NCBI GenBank assembly: GCA_016432365.1
Contig: CP066686.1
Coordinates: 938,918-1,002,917, forward strand
DNA: 64,000 bases
Reading direction: 5' to 3'
DNA from: Candidatus Woesebacteria bacterium
Lineage (GTDB): Bacteria > Patescibacteriota > Microgenomatia > UBA8517
The notes under the pieces were generated by a model. It was not told where the DNA came from. It worked only from the letters and a program-made list of their open reading frames with translations, and ran no database searches. A program made the position numbers and the translations under genes. The number at the start of each line of letters is the position of its first letter. Within the stretch, counting starts at the first letter, position 1. Shown here piece after piece: positions 62,914 through 64,000 of this stretch.

Positions 62914-63767
62914 GCGACAAAGTCGCCGCCCAGGAGGTTTCCCTTTCCATTTCTCCTCCACTCACCGAAATCGTTATACAGCCCGGTAAAAGTCTCAATC
63001 AAACAATAACCGTCAGAAATGATGGTGTTCCTGTAACTGTTGTTGCCAAAATAGTTCCGTTTGTGCCGCTTGATACAAACGGACATGTAGAATTAATCGA
63101 AGATCAAAATTCCATTGATGCTTTCTCTTCCTGGTTTTATTTCGACCAGCGCCCAACCTCGCTTGGAGTTAATGAACGCCATGACTTTATAATTAAGATT
63201 ACGCCTCCCGATTCCACTGAACAAAGAGACTACTATTTTACTTTCCTCGTAGAAGTACAAGCTAATAACAACATCGGAGTAAATAATTCTGAGTCCCAAG
63301 CCAGAATCGGAGCAAATATATTATTAACCGCAACTAAAGACGGTAACCCGCAAAAGAACGTATCAATCGTTAAATTCTCCGCACCAAAGCTTGTCGATTC
63401 CTTTACCGGTTTCTCCTATCAGGTTATTCTCGGCAATTCCGGATCAGGTTTTTTTAAACCCGTCGGTAAAATTACGGTCGATCAGATTTTTGGCACAACC
63501 ACAACACTCAATCTGGCACCCCTTAATGTACTTGTGGGAGGTGAACGGGAAATTACCTGTCTTGAGGGGCAAGAAATAATCTCTTGCGCTCTCCCCGGAA
63601 AATTTTTAATCGGAATTTATCGAGCTAATTTAAGTTTTACCGTTGACGGAGTGGGAGAAAGTTACGAAAAACAAATTTATACAATTGCATTTCCGTTTAC
63701 TGTTCTTTTGGGACTCATTACTATAACTATAACTTACAGTATAATCAGGAGGCTAAATGCCAATTAA
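62820..63767 (+). CDS. DUF916/DUF3324-like (WxL-interacting-type) exported protein with C-terminal TM
   Basis: LSISPP...PGKS..TITVRN; NSG...KPVG.I; GIYRA. Confidence 0.7.
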   Translation: MQKFKSKIKSSFNFFNFLIVFFTFYFLLFTFSDKVAAQEVSLSISPPLTEIVIQPGKSLNQTITVRNDGVPVTVVAKIVPFVPLDTNGHVELIEDQNSIDAFSSWFYFDQRPTSLGVNERHDFIIKITPPDSTEQRDYYFTFLVEVQANNNIGVNNSESQARIGANILLTATKDGNPQKNVSIVKFSAPKLVDSFTGFSYQVILGNSGSGFFKPVGKITVDQIFGTTTTLNLAPLNVLVGGEREITCLEGQEIISCALPGKFLIGIYRANLSFTVDGVGESYEKQIYTIAFPFTVLLGLITITITYSIIRRLNAN

Positions 63768-63828
63768 TTTCCATTTTTGGAAATTAAGCCATTGACATAT
63801 TGTAAATACCCGTATAAAAATAAAATAT

Positions 63829-64000
63829 ATGACTTTTAACAAAATGGTTTTCCGATTGGTACCTTTTATCTTCGTTGCAACTTTTTTTGCTTTATCAGCC
63901 CTGTCGATTAACAACGTATATGCCTCAACAATGACTTCCGCTTCTGTCACGATGGGTAATTCCAGAATGTCTTTTAAAGCGCCTATTAGTTCGGGTTCGG
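63829..64000 (+). CDS. Exported protein, 5' part only (truncated by window)
   Basis: MTFNKMVFRLVPFIFVATFFALSALSINNVYASTMTSASVTMGNSRMSF; TTGACA promoter upstream. Confidence 0.65.
   Translation, partial: MTFNKMVFRLVPFIFVATFFALSALSINNVYASTMTSASVTMGNSRMSFKAPISSGS

Overview
64 kb of a Patescibacteria (CPR)/Microgenomates-like chromosome. The taxonomic call is an inference from gene style: N-terminally extended L1, many leaderless genes and giant tail-fibre-like surface proteins. Housekeeping genes include rplK-rplA/rplJ-rplL, mreB, argS, leuS, uppS, isopentenyl-phosphate kinase, comEA/comEC and two tRNAs, interleaved with many orphans. The standout is a stator-less F1-type ATPase operon (atpA-atpG-atpD-short atpC; no a, b or delta). 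It is led by a translationally coupled 261-aa protein that fuses an exported tail-spike-chaperone-like domain to an ATP-synthase subunit-c-like hairpin, which keeps the R-N-P loop but has no proton-binding carboxylate. The operon is divergent from a 1434-aa HTH-TM-fibre-S74 protein, making it a candidate ATP-driven rotary/export surface machine. Other notable features: pervasive degenerate 7-nt (also 8/9-nt) tandem arrays forming intergenic hairpins and in-frame insertions in essential genes; short REP-like palindromes, some flanked by duplications; a T-box ahead of a GNAT-M20-argS operon; a four-ATP-grasp cluster; and two contrasting gene architectures (leaderless genes versus boxA-like/SD/long-hairpin orphan cassettes). 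All calls come from reading the sequence; no searches were run.
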